Source of the DNA: a bacterium
Lineage (GTDB): Bacteria > Desulfobacterota > Binatia > Binatales > Binataceae
NCBI GenBank assembly: GCA_014896235.1
Contig: JADBKU010000001.1
Coordinates: forward strand, 69,594-133,593
Reading direction: 5' to 3'
Length of the DNA: 64,000 nt
Positions 26,820 through 35,679 of the stretch are shown here, piece by piece. Each line of letters opens with the position of its first letter. Position 1 is the stretch's first letter. Position numbers and translations under genes: made by a program. The notes under the pieces were generated by a model, which was not told the DNA's origin, did no database searches, and worked only from the letters and a program-made list of their open reading frames with translations.

Positions 26820-27710
26820 TTAGTTTTTAGCCTTCCTGACTGGTTGAGAACCGAAGAACAGGAAAAAGTTCGTCGGCACGTCGCCGATCACGTCGCCGGA
26901 TTTCTGCGCCGCTCGCAGCGCCCTGACCGAGGTGATGCCGCTGGAGCCGTCGGCGCTGGGCCAATCGGCCTCATTGGTCACCAGTTCAGTCACGACCTGC
27001 CACCACACCGGCCGGCGCTGGAACGCGTCCGTATTGATCACGTGGCTGTGATTCGGCGTGGGCGTGAAGATGTTGGTGTTTGCGGGGACTGCGCCCTTGG
27101 TGAGGATATGCAGGGCGGGGCCGAGATCGAGTCGCGACGCATGCATCGTGCAGCTTCCCGGCGGATCGCCCGGCGCCGGACATTGTACGGCCACGGCGGG
27201 ATTCTGCTTGTACGCTTCGGGGATCGTTCCGAACAGGCTGATCAGCGCGTTGCCCAAATCGGCGCCGCAGAGCGTGACCGGCAGGTTCGGATTCATGCCC
27301 GGATTTTCGTTTGGATCGTTGTACGGATTATTCGTGTTGTCGCAGGCGATCGCGTCGTTCGGGTTGGTGTCTTTGACGCCGTTATGATCGAACATCGGCA
27401 CCAGAACGTAGAGCTTGTCGGTGCTTTGTATTTTGGCGCCGGTGGGATCGCGCGGCGGTTCGTCGGTGACCTGGCAGATCGGAATTTGCAGTTCCGCCGG
27501 GTCCGACTCGGCCGGCACATTGTTGAAGTTGAGGTCGTCGGTCGGCTGCTCCACGCAATCGTAATTTTCGGTATACGTGAAGATGAAAGGCCTGCCGAAG
27601 GCGAAAGCCGCCGTCTGGTTGGGCGCGAGAGACTGCGCTCCCGCGCCGCCGGCCGCCGCGATCAGGCCGATCGCCGCGCCCGCGATTGCCGCTCCAAGTT
27701 TTTGTCGCAT
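26820..27710 (-). CDS. secreted Cys/Asn/Pro-rich hypothetical protein
   Basis: Signal peptide MRQKLGAAIAGAAIGLIAAAGGAGAQS, at least 8 Cys, N/P/D-rich segments. Lies between the deacetylase and rcnA-like genes on the same strand. Confidence 0.45.
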   Translation of the reverse strand: MRQKLGAAIAGAAIGLIAAAGGAGAQSLAPNQTAAFAFGRPFIFTYTENYDCVEQPTDDLNFNNVPAESDPAELQIPICQVTDEPPRDPTGAKIQSTDKLYVLVPMFDHNGVKDTNPNDAIACDNTNNPYNDPNENPGMNPNLPVTLCGADLGNALISLFGTIPEAYKQNPAVAVQCPAPGDPPGSCTMHASRLDLGPALHILTKGAVPANTNIFTPTPNHSHVINTDAFQRRPVWWQVVTELVTNEADWPSADGSSGITSVRALRAAQKSGDVIGDVPTNFFLFFGSQPVRKAKN

Positions 27711-27789
27711 ACGCTCCTCCGATTCTCCGGCTTGGAATTTGCCGGTCATCGGATATACGGAGCGGCGCAACCTTTGGATCGCGCGGAGG

Positions 27790-28635
27790 TTATTTTTCCG
27801 GCGGAGGATTATTGCGCCGGAATTCCTCCGCGGCTTCGCGCATAGTGGCGAACCGCACTCCGGCCCGCATCCGCATCTGTTCGACCAGCCGCTCGAGCAT
27901 CAGCAAGCGATGGCCCCTGCCGATCGATTGGGGATGCATCGTCAAAATATAAACGCCCTCGCCCAGCCGGTCGTATAAATATTCGAAATCGCCCCACCAG
28001 ATTTCGAACATCCGCGACGGCGCGGCGAGACCGGGATTCACGCCGTTGCGCGTCCACACGTGTTCGAAGGCGGGGAAATCGTCCAGCCCCCAGGTGAATG
28101 GCAATTCGACCATCGATGTTGGCTTGCCCCATACGAAGGGTCCATCGGCCGGCGCTTGATCGCCGACCCGGCAATAGTAGGGCGTGAAATCGTCGCCCAT
28201 CATGCTGCTGTCGTAAAGAAAGCCGCGCTCGCGAAGACATTCGAGCGTCGATGGCATCAGGCCCGCCGCCGGCGAGCGGTAGCCGACGGGAACCTGGCCG
28301 GTGACGCGTTTGAGCGCGGCGGTCGCGCGATCGAAATCGCGCGCTTCCTCCTCGCGCGACGGCGGACGATCGTGAAAATATCCGTGATGTCCGATTTCAT
28401 GGCCCGCGGCCGCGATTTTTTCGACCGTGGCGGGAAAGGCGTCCGCGGTATGGCCGGGTATGAACCAGGTCGATTTGATTCCCCATTCGCCGAGCATCCG
28501 CAGCAGGCGTTCACTGCCGACGCGGCCGAATTCGCCGCGCGAAATCGCGCTGGGCGATTTCGCATGGAAAGTTCCGACCCAGACCGAAATCGCGTCGAAA
28601 TCGAAACTCAGACATACGGTGACGTTCTTTTTCAT
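27790..28635 (-). CDS. polysaccharide deacetylase (NodB-homology/CE4) family protein
   Basis: TVCLSFDFDAISVW…WFIPGHTADAFP…AAGHEIGHHGYFHD are the NodB motifs. Confidence 0.8.
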   Translation of the reverse strand: MKKNVTVCLSFDFDAISVWVGTFHAKSPSAISRGEFGRVGSERLLRMLGEWGIKSTWFIPGHTADAFPATVEKIAAAGHEIGHHGYFHDRPPSREEEARDFDRATAALKRVTGQVPVGYRSPAAGLMPSTLECLRERGFLYDSSMMGDDFTPYYCRVGDQAPADGPFVWGKPTSMVELPFTWGLDDFPAFEHVWTRNGVNPGLAAPSRMFEIWWGDFEYLYDRLGEGVYILTMHPQSIGRGHRLLMLERLVEQMRMRAGVRFATMREAAEEFRRNNPPPEK

Positions 28636-28989
28636 CGCGAACGGGCTCCTTTTCGATTTTGCTCGGCTGCCGGCGCCGATTCGATCTCTACTGCGCCGGG
28701 AAGACCGGCGTAAAGCGAATCCGAGCCTCGCATATGATATGAGCGCTATCGGCGCGGGCTTATCCAGCGTTGGCAGGCGCGCATGCGGTCCGCTTATTTT
28801 GTGATGCTATCTGGACTGGCGGGTATCGTTTTCCTTCTGATCGCGCCGAAGCGTTTTCGCCGTCTGGCGCGGCATCGCGCGTCATCGCGCGCCGCGAGGA
28901 AGCTTCGCTTGACAGCCCCGTCGGCCATGTTGTAAGCCCTTGCAGAACTTTGGACCCGGGGGTCCTTGGGAAGCGGCATCTTTTATCTC

Positions 28990-29020
28990 TTGACGAGCGC
29001 TTTCGGGGATTGGGGATAAT
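28990..29020 (+). promoter_or_regulatory. weak sigma70-like promoter candidate for the Ycf48-like/RND operon
   Basis: TTGACG 28990-28995 and GATAAT 29015-29020 with a 19-nt spacer. A structured roughly 180-nt leader follows, including an 8-bp-stem hairpin CGCGCCGA…TCGGCGCG. Confidence 0.2.
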
Positions 29021-29198
29021 GCGAGCGATCTGACCTGCGGAGCGATGCGTCCGCGTTTTTCCCTCGCGCATAGAGGCGCGAGCTGGCATATGCGATAGTC
29101 GCGCGCCGAAACTCGTTGCTCGGCGCGTTTCGAGCATGCGCCGGGGATGAACAACGCAGCCGCCGGAGTTCGACGCGAATAATCGAGGTAGTCGAGGT

Positions 29199-30227
29199 TT
29201 GAAATTTCAGCCAATGCGTTCCAGCAGATTTACGATCATAGCGGCCGCAGCCGCCTGCCTCCTGACGGTGGCGGCGACTGCGATTACCGCTGACAGCGCT
29301 ACTGAAGGCGTCAAGCGCACTTCAGCGCCTTCGTGGCTCAGTCTGTTCGGCGTGGCGATTCGTCCTGACAACGAGATCCTCGTCGTCGGCTCGAAGGCGC
29401 TGCTGTTGACTTCGACCGATCAGGGCAAAACCTGGATTCAGCGCACGATGCAGGAACGTCCCGGCGGACGGCTGTTCCAGGATCGCGACCTCTACTCGAT
29501 CCGTTTCGATTCGTCCGGCAAGTCCGGATGGGTCGTCGGCGAGGAGGGGATCATCCTGCATACGACCGACGGCGGCGACACCTGGAGCTTGCAGAAGAGC
29601 GGAACCACGAAGAACCTGTTCAAAATCGCCGTAATCGACGACAAGAACGTGGTGGTCGTGGGGGCCGACGGCACGATTCTCCGCACCGCCGATGGCGGCG
29701 ACACTTGGCAGTCGATCAAATCGCCGAAGAACGTGACCTGGTTTGACGTCACCTTCACCGATCCGCAGCACGGATGGATGGTGGGCGAATTCTCCACCAT
29801 TCTCGCCTCCACGGACGGCGGGCAGACTTGGACGCTCAATTACGGCGGCAATACGGGAGATTTCACGATCGGGCCGTTCTTTACGGTGACTTTCACTGAT
29901 CCCCAGCACGGAGTCGTCGCTGGTCTTGCGGGCGACACCGCAGTTACCAGCGACGGGGGCAAGACCTGGCAGAAGCAGAAGTTGCCCGATCCTGTGGCCA
30001 GCTATGTGGTTGCGGAAGATCCGGCGTCGAAGGCGCTTTGGGCCGGCGGCGCGGGCGGACGGATGTTCGAGCAGGTCGCCGGAGGCGAATGGAAGCCCTC
30101 CGATCGGGCGACCTTTCATGATTTGACGGATTTGGCGTTCGCAGGAAAACTCGGCGTCGCGGTTGGTCTAAACGGCACCATTCTGCTGACGGATAATGCG
30201 GGAGAGCAATGGCAAGCAGTTCAGTAA
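29199..30227 (+). CDS. secreted Ycf48-like BNR/Asp-box beta-propeller protein
   Basis: Signal peptide, then repeated S/TxDGGxTW Asp-box blades (TDQGKTW, TDGGDTW ×2, TDGGQTW, SDGGKTW). TTG start 29199 (alternative ATG 29214). Its stop overlaps the RND gene start. Confidence 0.75.
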   Translation: MKFQPMRSSRFTIIAAAAACLLTVAATAITADSATEGVKRTSAPSWLSLFGVAIRPDNEILVVGSKALLLTSTDQGKTWIQRTMQERPGGRLFQDRDLYSIRFDSSGKSGWVVGEEGIILHTTDGGDTWSLQKSGTTKNLFKIAVIDDKNVVVVGADGTILRTADGGDTWQSIKSPKNVTWFDVTFTDPQHGWMVGEFSTILASTDGGQTWTLNYGGNTGDFTIGPFFTVTFTDPQHGVVAGLAGDTAVTSDGGKTWQKQKLPDPVASYVVAEDPASKALWAGGAGGRMFEQVAGGEWKPSDRATFHDLTDLAFAGKLGVAVGLNGTILLTDNAGEQWQAVQ

Positions 30228-32635
30228 AAATGACCTCCCTGCGGATCGGCGATTTCGTCGTCCGCAACAGGGCCATCGTCGGTGCAATCCTGCTGATTAT
30301 CAGCGCCTTTTTCGGCTACGAGTGCACCAAGGTTGTCGTTCAAACCAAGTTTGACGACTTTTTCCCGAGCTATCATCACGACGTGCAGCTCTATCAGGAG
30401 TGGCACAAGTACGGCGGCGCGCAGACGCTCGCCGTGATGGTTCAGGTCAAGCATGGCGATATTTTCAATTTCGACACGCTGAAGAAGATTCAGGAAATTC
30501 AGCGCGACGTCGACAAGCTGCCGGGCGTTGACCACAACGAAGTGCTGTCGCTCGCTTCCTATCGCGTCAGCTACGCGGAAGCGACGCCAGGATCGCTGAC
30601 GATCAAGCCCTTCATGTTTCCGGAAGTGCCGAAGGACGCCGCTGGAATCGAGGCTCTGAAGAAGACCGTTCAGGCCAACCAAGCGAACATTTCGCAGTTG
30701 GTCAGTTCCGACTTGACCAGCGCTCTGGTAACCGCCTCATTCAACGAGCGCGGCTTGGACTACAAAAAGCTCTTCTACCAGGTTCAGGATATCGTCAAGC
30801 AGTATCAGGACGATAACAACCGCATCTATATAGCAGGCGAGCCGATCGTTCGCGGCTATGGCTATTACTACGAACCGACCGTCCTGGTGCTGTTCCTGAT
30901 CGCGGTCGCCGTGATGATCTTCATCCTGTGGATTACCGGCAGCCAGCGCAGCCGATGGTGGGCGCCGATCGTCACCGGCTTCTTGTCGGCCATCTGGGGC
31001 CTCGGCTTCGTTGGCCTGATGGGTTACGACTTCGATCCGGTCATGCTGGTCATACCATTCATCCTGACCGCGCGCGACATGTCGCACGGTATTCAGTGGC
31101 AGGGTCGGCTGCATGACGAACTCGACCGGTTGGGCGACAAGCTGGCGGCTTGCGCGGCCACGACCGACTTCATGTTGCCGCCGGGATTGCTGTCGATTCT
31201 GGCCGACATCAGCGGCATCATCTTCATCTCGTTCGGCGGCATCCCCGTCCTGCAACATATCGCGCTGGCCGGCACGGTATGGCTCGCCGGCAGTCTCACG
31301 ATGGTCTTCATCTTCCAGCCCATCCTGATGAGCTATCTGCCGACGCCTGAAATCAAGCATCGCAAGCAGCGGGAAGGATCGGGCGCGCGGAGCGCGGTTC
31401 GCGAATTCCTCGACTGGTTCGTGCACGTTCCGACTCGTCCGGGCGCCTTGCGCAAGGTTCTGCTTTGGGGGTCGTGCGGGTTTCTGGTTTATGGCGTAAT
31501 TTCCGGCTTGGATTGCAAAATCGGTTATTCGACCGCCGGCACGCCGCTCTACAAGAACAACTCAAAGGTCAACAAGGACATTCTGGCGGTCGGGAAAAAG
31601 TTCCCACTCGAAGAGGGCTGGGTGATCCTGACGACTCCTTCCTATCCCGACAAGCAATCCGTGCTGGGACCCGGAGTGCTGCGGATGGTCGACGATATGC
31701 GCGCCTACCTGTTTGAAGATCCAAAGGTTGCGCAGGTCGTCTCTTTCTCATCGACGGTGTCGGAACCGTTCAATGAGATGTTCCACTACGGCTATCCGAA
31801 ATATCTGGCTGTGCCGGATTCGATCGAGATGTCGGGCAACCTGTGGTTTCTGTATTTGAACGGATCGGCGCCGGGCGAATTGGAGCGCTTTATCTCGAAT
31901 CGCTCCAATAACGACACCTGTATCCGGGTGCTCCTGCGCGACCACAACTACGACACGCTCGAGAACATCCGCGAGCGGATCAAACGGTTCGTTGACGAGA
32001 GGGTCTCGCCGGATCCGTCGCTGAACAAAGTGCATGTCGATTATCTGGCCGGAATCGCGGGTCTCTATCTCTCGGCCAACGACGTCTTGAAGCAACTAGA
32101 TTTCTACAACATCACATTCGTGCTGGGCGTGGTGTGGGTATTTTGTCTGTTTTCGTTCCGCTCGTTCGTCGCGGCGTTCATGTTCCTGTTCGCCTGCGTT
32201 CTGGCCAACTTCGGCGCTTTCATTTACATGAATGCGCGCGATATCGGCCTGACGATCGATACGATACCGGTCATCTCGCTGGGTATCGGACTCGGAGTCG
32301 ATTACGGAATTTACATGGTCGCCCGAATCCGCGACGAGGTCATGGGCGGAATGGATGTCGATGACGCGATCGTGCTTGCGCTGCAGAGCACCGGCGTCGC
32401 GGTGTTCAACACGTTCCTCGTCATGATCGGCGGCATTTTCCCGTGGATTTTCTCGCCGCTGCTGTTCCACAACGAGATGAGCACGCTGCTGATCTTCCTG
32501 ATGGGCACGAACATGATCGCCGGCTGCATCATCCTGCCGTGTTATCTGTCGTGGGCGCGTCCGAGTTTCGTGTTCGGCGGCCGAGGCGCGATGAAGGAGC
32601 GCGAAAAGCCGAGCGCGACTGCCGCGGCTTCATGA
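30209..32635 (+). CDS. RND-superfamily exporter (MMPL/HpnN-like, 12-TM with two periplasmic loops)
   Basis: 808 aa with two 6-TM bundles (…LVLFLIAVAVMIFILWITGS…, …FVLGVVWVFCLFSFRSF…), each preceded by a large soluble loop. Overlaps the Ycf48-like gene end. Confidence 0.85.
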   Translation: MASSSVKMTSLRIGDFVVRNRAIVGAILLIISAFFGYECTKVVVQTKFDDFFPSYHHDVQLYQEWHKYGGAQTLAVMVQVKHGDIFNFDTLKKIQEIQRDVDKLPGVDHNEVLSLASYRVSYAEATPGSLTIKPFMFPEVPKDAAGIEALKKTVQANQANISQLVSSDLTSALVTASFNERGLDYKKLFYQVQDIVKQYQDDNNRIYIAGEPIVRGYGYYYEPTVLVLFLIAVAVMIFILWITGSQRSRWWAPIVTGFLSAIWGLGFVGLMGYDFDPVMLVIPFILTARDMSHGIQWQGRLHDELDRLGDKLAACAATTDFMLPPGLLSILADISGIIFISFGGIPVLQHIALAGTVWLAGSLTMVFIFQPILMSYLPTPEIKHRKQREGSGARSAVREFLDWFVHVPTRPGALRKVLLWGSCGFLVYGVISGLDCKIGYSTAGTPLYKNNSKVNKDILAVGKKFPLEEGWVILTTPSYPDKQSVLGPGVLRMVDDMRAYLFEDPKVAQVVSFSSTVSEPFNEMFHYGYPKYLAVPDSIEMSGNLWFLYLNGSAPGELERFISNRSNNDTCIRVLLRDHNYDTLENIRERIKRFVDERVSPDPSLNKVHVDYLAGIAGLYLSANDVLKQLDFYNITFVLGVVWVFCLFSFRSFVAAFMFLFACVLANFGAFIYMNARDIGLTIDTIPVISLGIGLGVDYGIYMVARIRDEVMGGMDVDDAIVLALQSTGVAVFNTFLVMIGGIFPWIFSPLLFHNEMSTLLIFLMGTNMIAGCIILPCYLSWARPSFVFGGRGAMKEREKPSATAAAS

Positions 32636-32710
32636 CCGCAAACCCGGCCGCGAGACGATCGGCTGAATCGGCATGATTTGCCGCTAAGCCCATATCTTTC
32701 CGACTAAGCC

Positions 32711-32747
32711 AACGTGGCGGACGCCAAAAGCGCCCGCCACGTTTTTT
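32711..32747 (+). terminator. rho-independent terminator after the RND exporter gene
   Basis: AACGTGGCGGACGC-caaaa-GCGCCCGCCACGTT (14-bp stem, 1 mismatch) followed by TTTTTT. Confidence 0.6.
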
Positions 32748-32794
32748 ATCGTGCGCGGCGGCGCTTTAGTTGTCCGAACGGACGGATCTCGGGA

Positions 32795-32826
32795 TTTCGG
32801 ACTTTCCCCGGATTAATGGTTATAAT
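32795..32826 (+). promoter_or_regulatory. promoter candidate for the tandem lipoprotein genes (perfect -10)
   Basis: TATAAT at 32821-32826 downstream of the terminator. The -35 is weak (TTTCGG/TTCGGA). About 150-nt leader before ATG 32980. Confidence 0.3.
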
Positions 32827-32979
32827 CATCCGCAGACCGCAAATCCGGAGCCTAGGCGTGAACAAACCGACCATTTTTGAAGTTTTCGCCCGAATTTATC
32901 GTCAATTATAGGGATTTCGACCCGGCTTACGCGGTTGGGCTTCGAGTCGGATGGCGAAAGGCGCGGGAGAACCACGTTC

Positions 32980-33825
32980 ATGATGCGAAAGCTGATTCTA
33001 CTGACAGTTGCAGGATTCACGGCCGTGCTATTCGTCGCGTGCCAAAAGCAGCCTCGGGCGACATTCGACCCCCGAAGTGCGAGCGAATTTTTTCCGCTTC
33101 CGCCCAAAGCCGTCTGGACGTACAAAGTTGACAGCAAAAGCCAGCATACGACTTATGTGGTCACGGATACGGTGGTGGGGCAGAAATATGTCCCGGCGCT
33201 GAATGTCACCGGGATGGTGGTCGAGGAATATTACAACCTCGATCGCGGCGGCGTGCGGCCGATCGTCTATACCAGCCACAACGGCTATCTCGATCGTCTG
33301 TCCGGGCTGGCCTACCAAAAGCAAGATATCGAAGCGCCGGCGTGGGGCCGTTCAGAAGAAGGCGAATTCATGCCGAAACTGCTTGCGCCCAATCTGGACT
33401 GGAGTAGCAAGATCTATCCCTTCGGCCACATTTCGGGGGCTTTCGACATTAGTCAAACTCATCACACCTATTTTGAACCCGAAGCGATCGTGGTGCCGGC
33501 GGGAAGTTTCCTCGGATGCATTCGCATAGATTCCGACGCGAGATATGAGGGTGGAACCTACGCGCAGAAGGGAAACAAGAATCTTAAATTGACCTACCGC
33601 GATTGGTACGCGCCGAACGTCGGCCTGATCAAGACAGTCGTGCTGGAAGGCGGGCCAGGCGGCTCGGAGATGGAGCACGTGGAATTGCTGCGCTACTCGA
33701 TTCCGTCCGCAGCGGGCGGCGCCACCGGCGCGGCGGACAATCGGGGAGCGCCGAGCGTTGGCAATTCGGCCGCTGATGCGCCACAATCGGCGAAATCGCC
33801 CGCGGTCTCGGCCAAAACCAACTAA
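32980..33825 (+). CDS. lipoprotein of unknown function, paralog A
   Basis: Start at MMRKLILLTVAGFTAVLFVAC (lipobox-like FVAC). About 50% identical to the downstream paralog (shared WTY+VDSKSQHT.YV.TD.VVG..YVPAL…LKLTY.DWYAPNVGLIKT). Disordered A/G/S/P tail. Confidence 0.6.
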   Translation: MMRKLILLTVAGFTAVLFVACQKQPRATFDPRSASEFFPLPPKAVWTYKVDSKSQHTTYVVTDTVVGQKYVPALNVTGMVVEEYYNLDRGGVRPIVYTSHNGYLDRLSGLAYQKQDIEAPAWGRSEEGEFMPKLLAPNLDWSSKIYPFGHISGAFDISQTHHTYFEPEAIVVPAGSFLGCIRIDSDARYEGGTYAQKGNKNLKLTYRDWYAPNVGLIKTVVLEGGPGGSEMEHVELLRYSIPSAAGGATGAADNRGAPSVGNSAADAPQSAKSPAVSAKTN

Positions 33826-33952
33826 GACCGAAAAATTCGGGCGACAACTGCTGTTTTCGGCATCGGGGACCGGCAGCGTTCAATCGCCGCCGGTAAGCTG
33901 GAACGGCATTGCTCTCGCGCCATGGGAATGGCGCGAATGGGGGACAATAGCG

Positions 33953-34780
33953 ATGCGCGATTGGTTTGCGGCGGCCGGTCTGGCCGCGCTCGTGACCATT
34001 GCGGCGGCCTGCAGCAGGCCTGTGCCAGCCAAAATCGATCTCCACGCCAACTTCTTTCCGCTCAAGACCGACATGACGTGGACCTACCGGATAGACAGCA
34101 AGAGCCAGCACACCTCCTATGTCATCACCGACCGCGTGGTTGGAAGCCAATACGTGCCCGCACTCAAATTGACGGGTTTGGTGGTCGCGGAATTTTACAA
34201 TTTGGATCGCGCCGGCCTGCGCCCGATTGTGTATGTCGACGACTCAGGATATCTGACGCGATTGTCGGGACTGGATTACGACAAGCATCGCATAATCACG
34301 CCCGCATGGGGGAAGTCGGAAGAAGACGATTTCCTGCCAGCGCATCTGGCGCCCAATTTGGCTTGGAACAACGAACTTTTTCCGTACGGCAAACTTCCGG
34401 GCGGATTCGAAATTGTGCAGAGCCACAAGAGTTTCGGCGAACCGGCCGACGTTGCCGTACCGGCGGGGCATTTCACCGGATGCATTCGGATCGAAACGCG
34501 GGCGCGCTATCAAGGCGGCGCGTATGCCGAATCGAAACAACAACTTAAACTGACCTACGAAGATTGGTACGCGCCGAATGTCGGCTTAATCAAAACGATC
34601 GCGTTTCAGGGCGGTCCCGACGGCCCGGAGATGGAGCGAGTCGAATTGATGAGATTCGACGTTGCTTCCAAAGGGGACCAGTTCACGCAAGCTCAGGGAA
34701 TCCGACCGGCGGCGAACCGGCCGCAGGCGAGCGCAGGGGCCTCAGCGCCCAAGGCGCAGAAGCGGGCGATCGCCGGATAA
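33953..34780 (+). CDS. lipoprotein of unknown function, paralog B
   Basis: Start at MRDWFAAAGLAALVTIAAAC (lipobox). Same conserved core as paralog A. The track ORF starts at 33758, but the signal peptide begins at ATG 33953. Confidence 0.6.
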   Translation: MRDWFAAAGLAALVTIAAACSRPVPAKIDLHANFFPLKTDMTWTYRIDSKSQHTSYVITDRVVGSQYVPALKLTGLVVAEFYNLDRAGLRPIVYVDDSGYLTRLSGLDYDKHRIITPAWGKSEEDDFLPAHLAPNLAWNNELFPYGKLPGGFEIVQSHKSFGEPADVAVPAGHFTGCIRIETRARYQGGAYAESKQQLKLTYEDWYAPNVGLIKTIAFQGGPDGPEMERVELMRFDVASKGDQFTQAQGIRPAANRPQASAGASAPKAQKRAIAG

Positions 34781-34934
34781 GGCTACGTTAAGCTCCACGT
34801 CAGGCTGGGTGGAGCCGAATCGCGCGGATTTTGCTTCGATCGCGCAAAGTTCGCGCGATCAGCTGCATCTCGCCCGGAAATAGATATCAGCCGATAAAGC
34901 TCGTCAAAACTTTCGACGCCTTGCCTTTGCGAAG

Positions 34935-35531
34935 TTAGCCGTTTGGAGGCGGCGCTGGCATCGAAACCGTCGGCGAACCTGGTCCGAACAACGGCTGGCC
35001 TTTTTGGTGGACGTAGTTGATCGCCACCGCGTCGATATAGAACCCGTTGTGTCCGGCTTCGCCGATGCGCCGGGTATGTTCGGCCTCCTGAATGTAATCG
35101 GCCGACGTCGCGTAAGCGTTTTTCTCGGTTGTTTCCGTCATCTGTTCGTTGGGCGAGGCGCGATAGAGCAGATTCTTGATATCTTGATGCTTGCTGTTGA
35201 TGATGACGAGGGCGTCGGCGCCGGTTTCGCAGGCTTTGCGCTGGAGAGCCGGCATGACGTCGGCTTGAGCGTCGCGTTCGTCGGCCCAGGCTTCAACGAT
35301 CGCGACCTGCTTGAACTGCGTCAGCGGCATTCTGTCGAGCAGCGGCATATTGCAAGTCGGCGGCTTGGCGGCGCGATTGTACGGCGCTATCTGCGTAAGC
35401 TCGACTTGAAGCGGCTGCTTCTGTGCGGCGCATCCGGCGACCATCGTGAGCGCTAGAATCAAGCCGGTCGTAGTTCGAAACGACCCGCTTACGCGACGGT
35501 GGGCGAGGCTGACCATACTCGTGATTTCCAT
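34935..35531 (-). CDS. lipoprotein, hypothetical
   Basis: Signal plus lipobox (LILALTMVAGCAA). No recognisable family. Pro-rich C-terminus. Confidence 0.45.
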   Translation of the reverse strand: MEITSMVSLAHRRVSGSFRTTTGLILALTMVAGCAAQKQPLQVELTQIAPYNRAAKPPTCNMPLLDRMPLTQFKQVAIVEAWADERDAQADVMPALQRKACETGADALVIINSKHQDIKNLLYRASPNEQMTETTEKNAYATSADYIQEAEHTRRIGEAGHNGFYIDAVAINYVHQKGQPLFGPGSPTVSMPAPPPNG

Positions 35532-35679
35532 CTCCGGCCTCGGGCGACATCGCTTGTCGCGCTAGATAGCTGCGCGGAAGATTAGCATAAACGCGTTCCA
35601 AAATCGCTAATGCCGGCGCATGAAGTTGCACGCGAGTTCAAGGTTTTTGAAACTGGTCAATTAGGGTAGAATATTTGAC

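Noticed and set aside
34838-34866. Hairpin GATCGCGC-aaagttc-GCGCGATC between lipoprotein B and the convergent lipoprotein gene
   Set aside because: Perfect 8-bp stem but no flanking U-tract on either strand. It may be a weak bidirectional terminator, but evidence is insufficient to call it.
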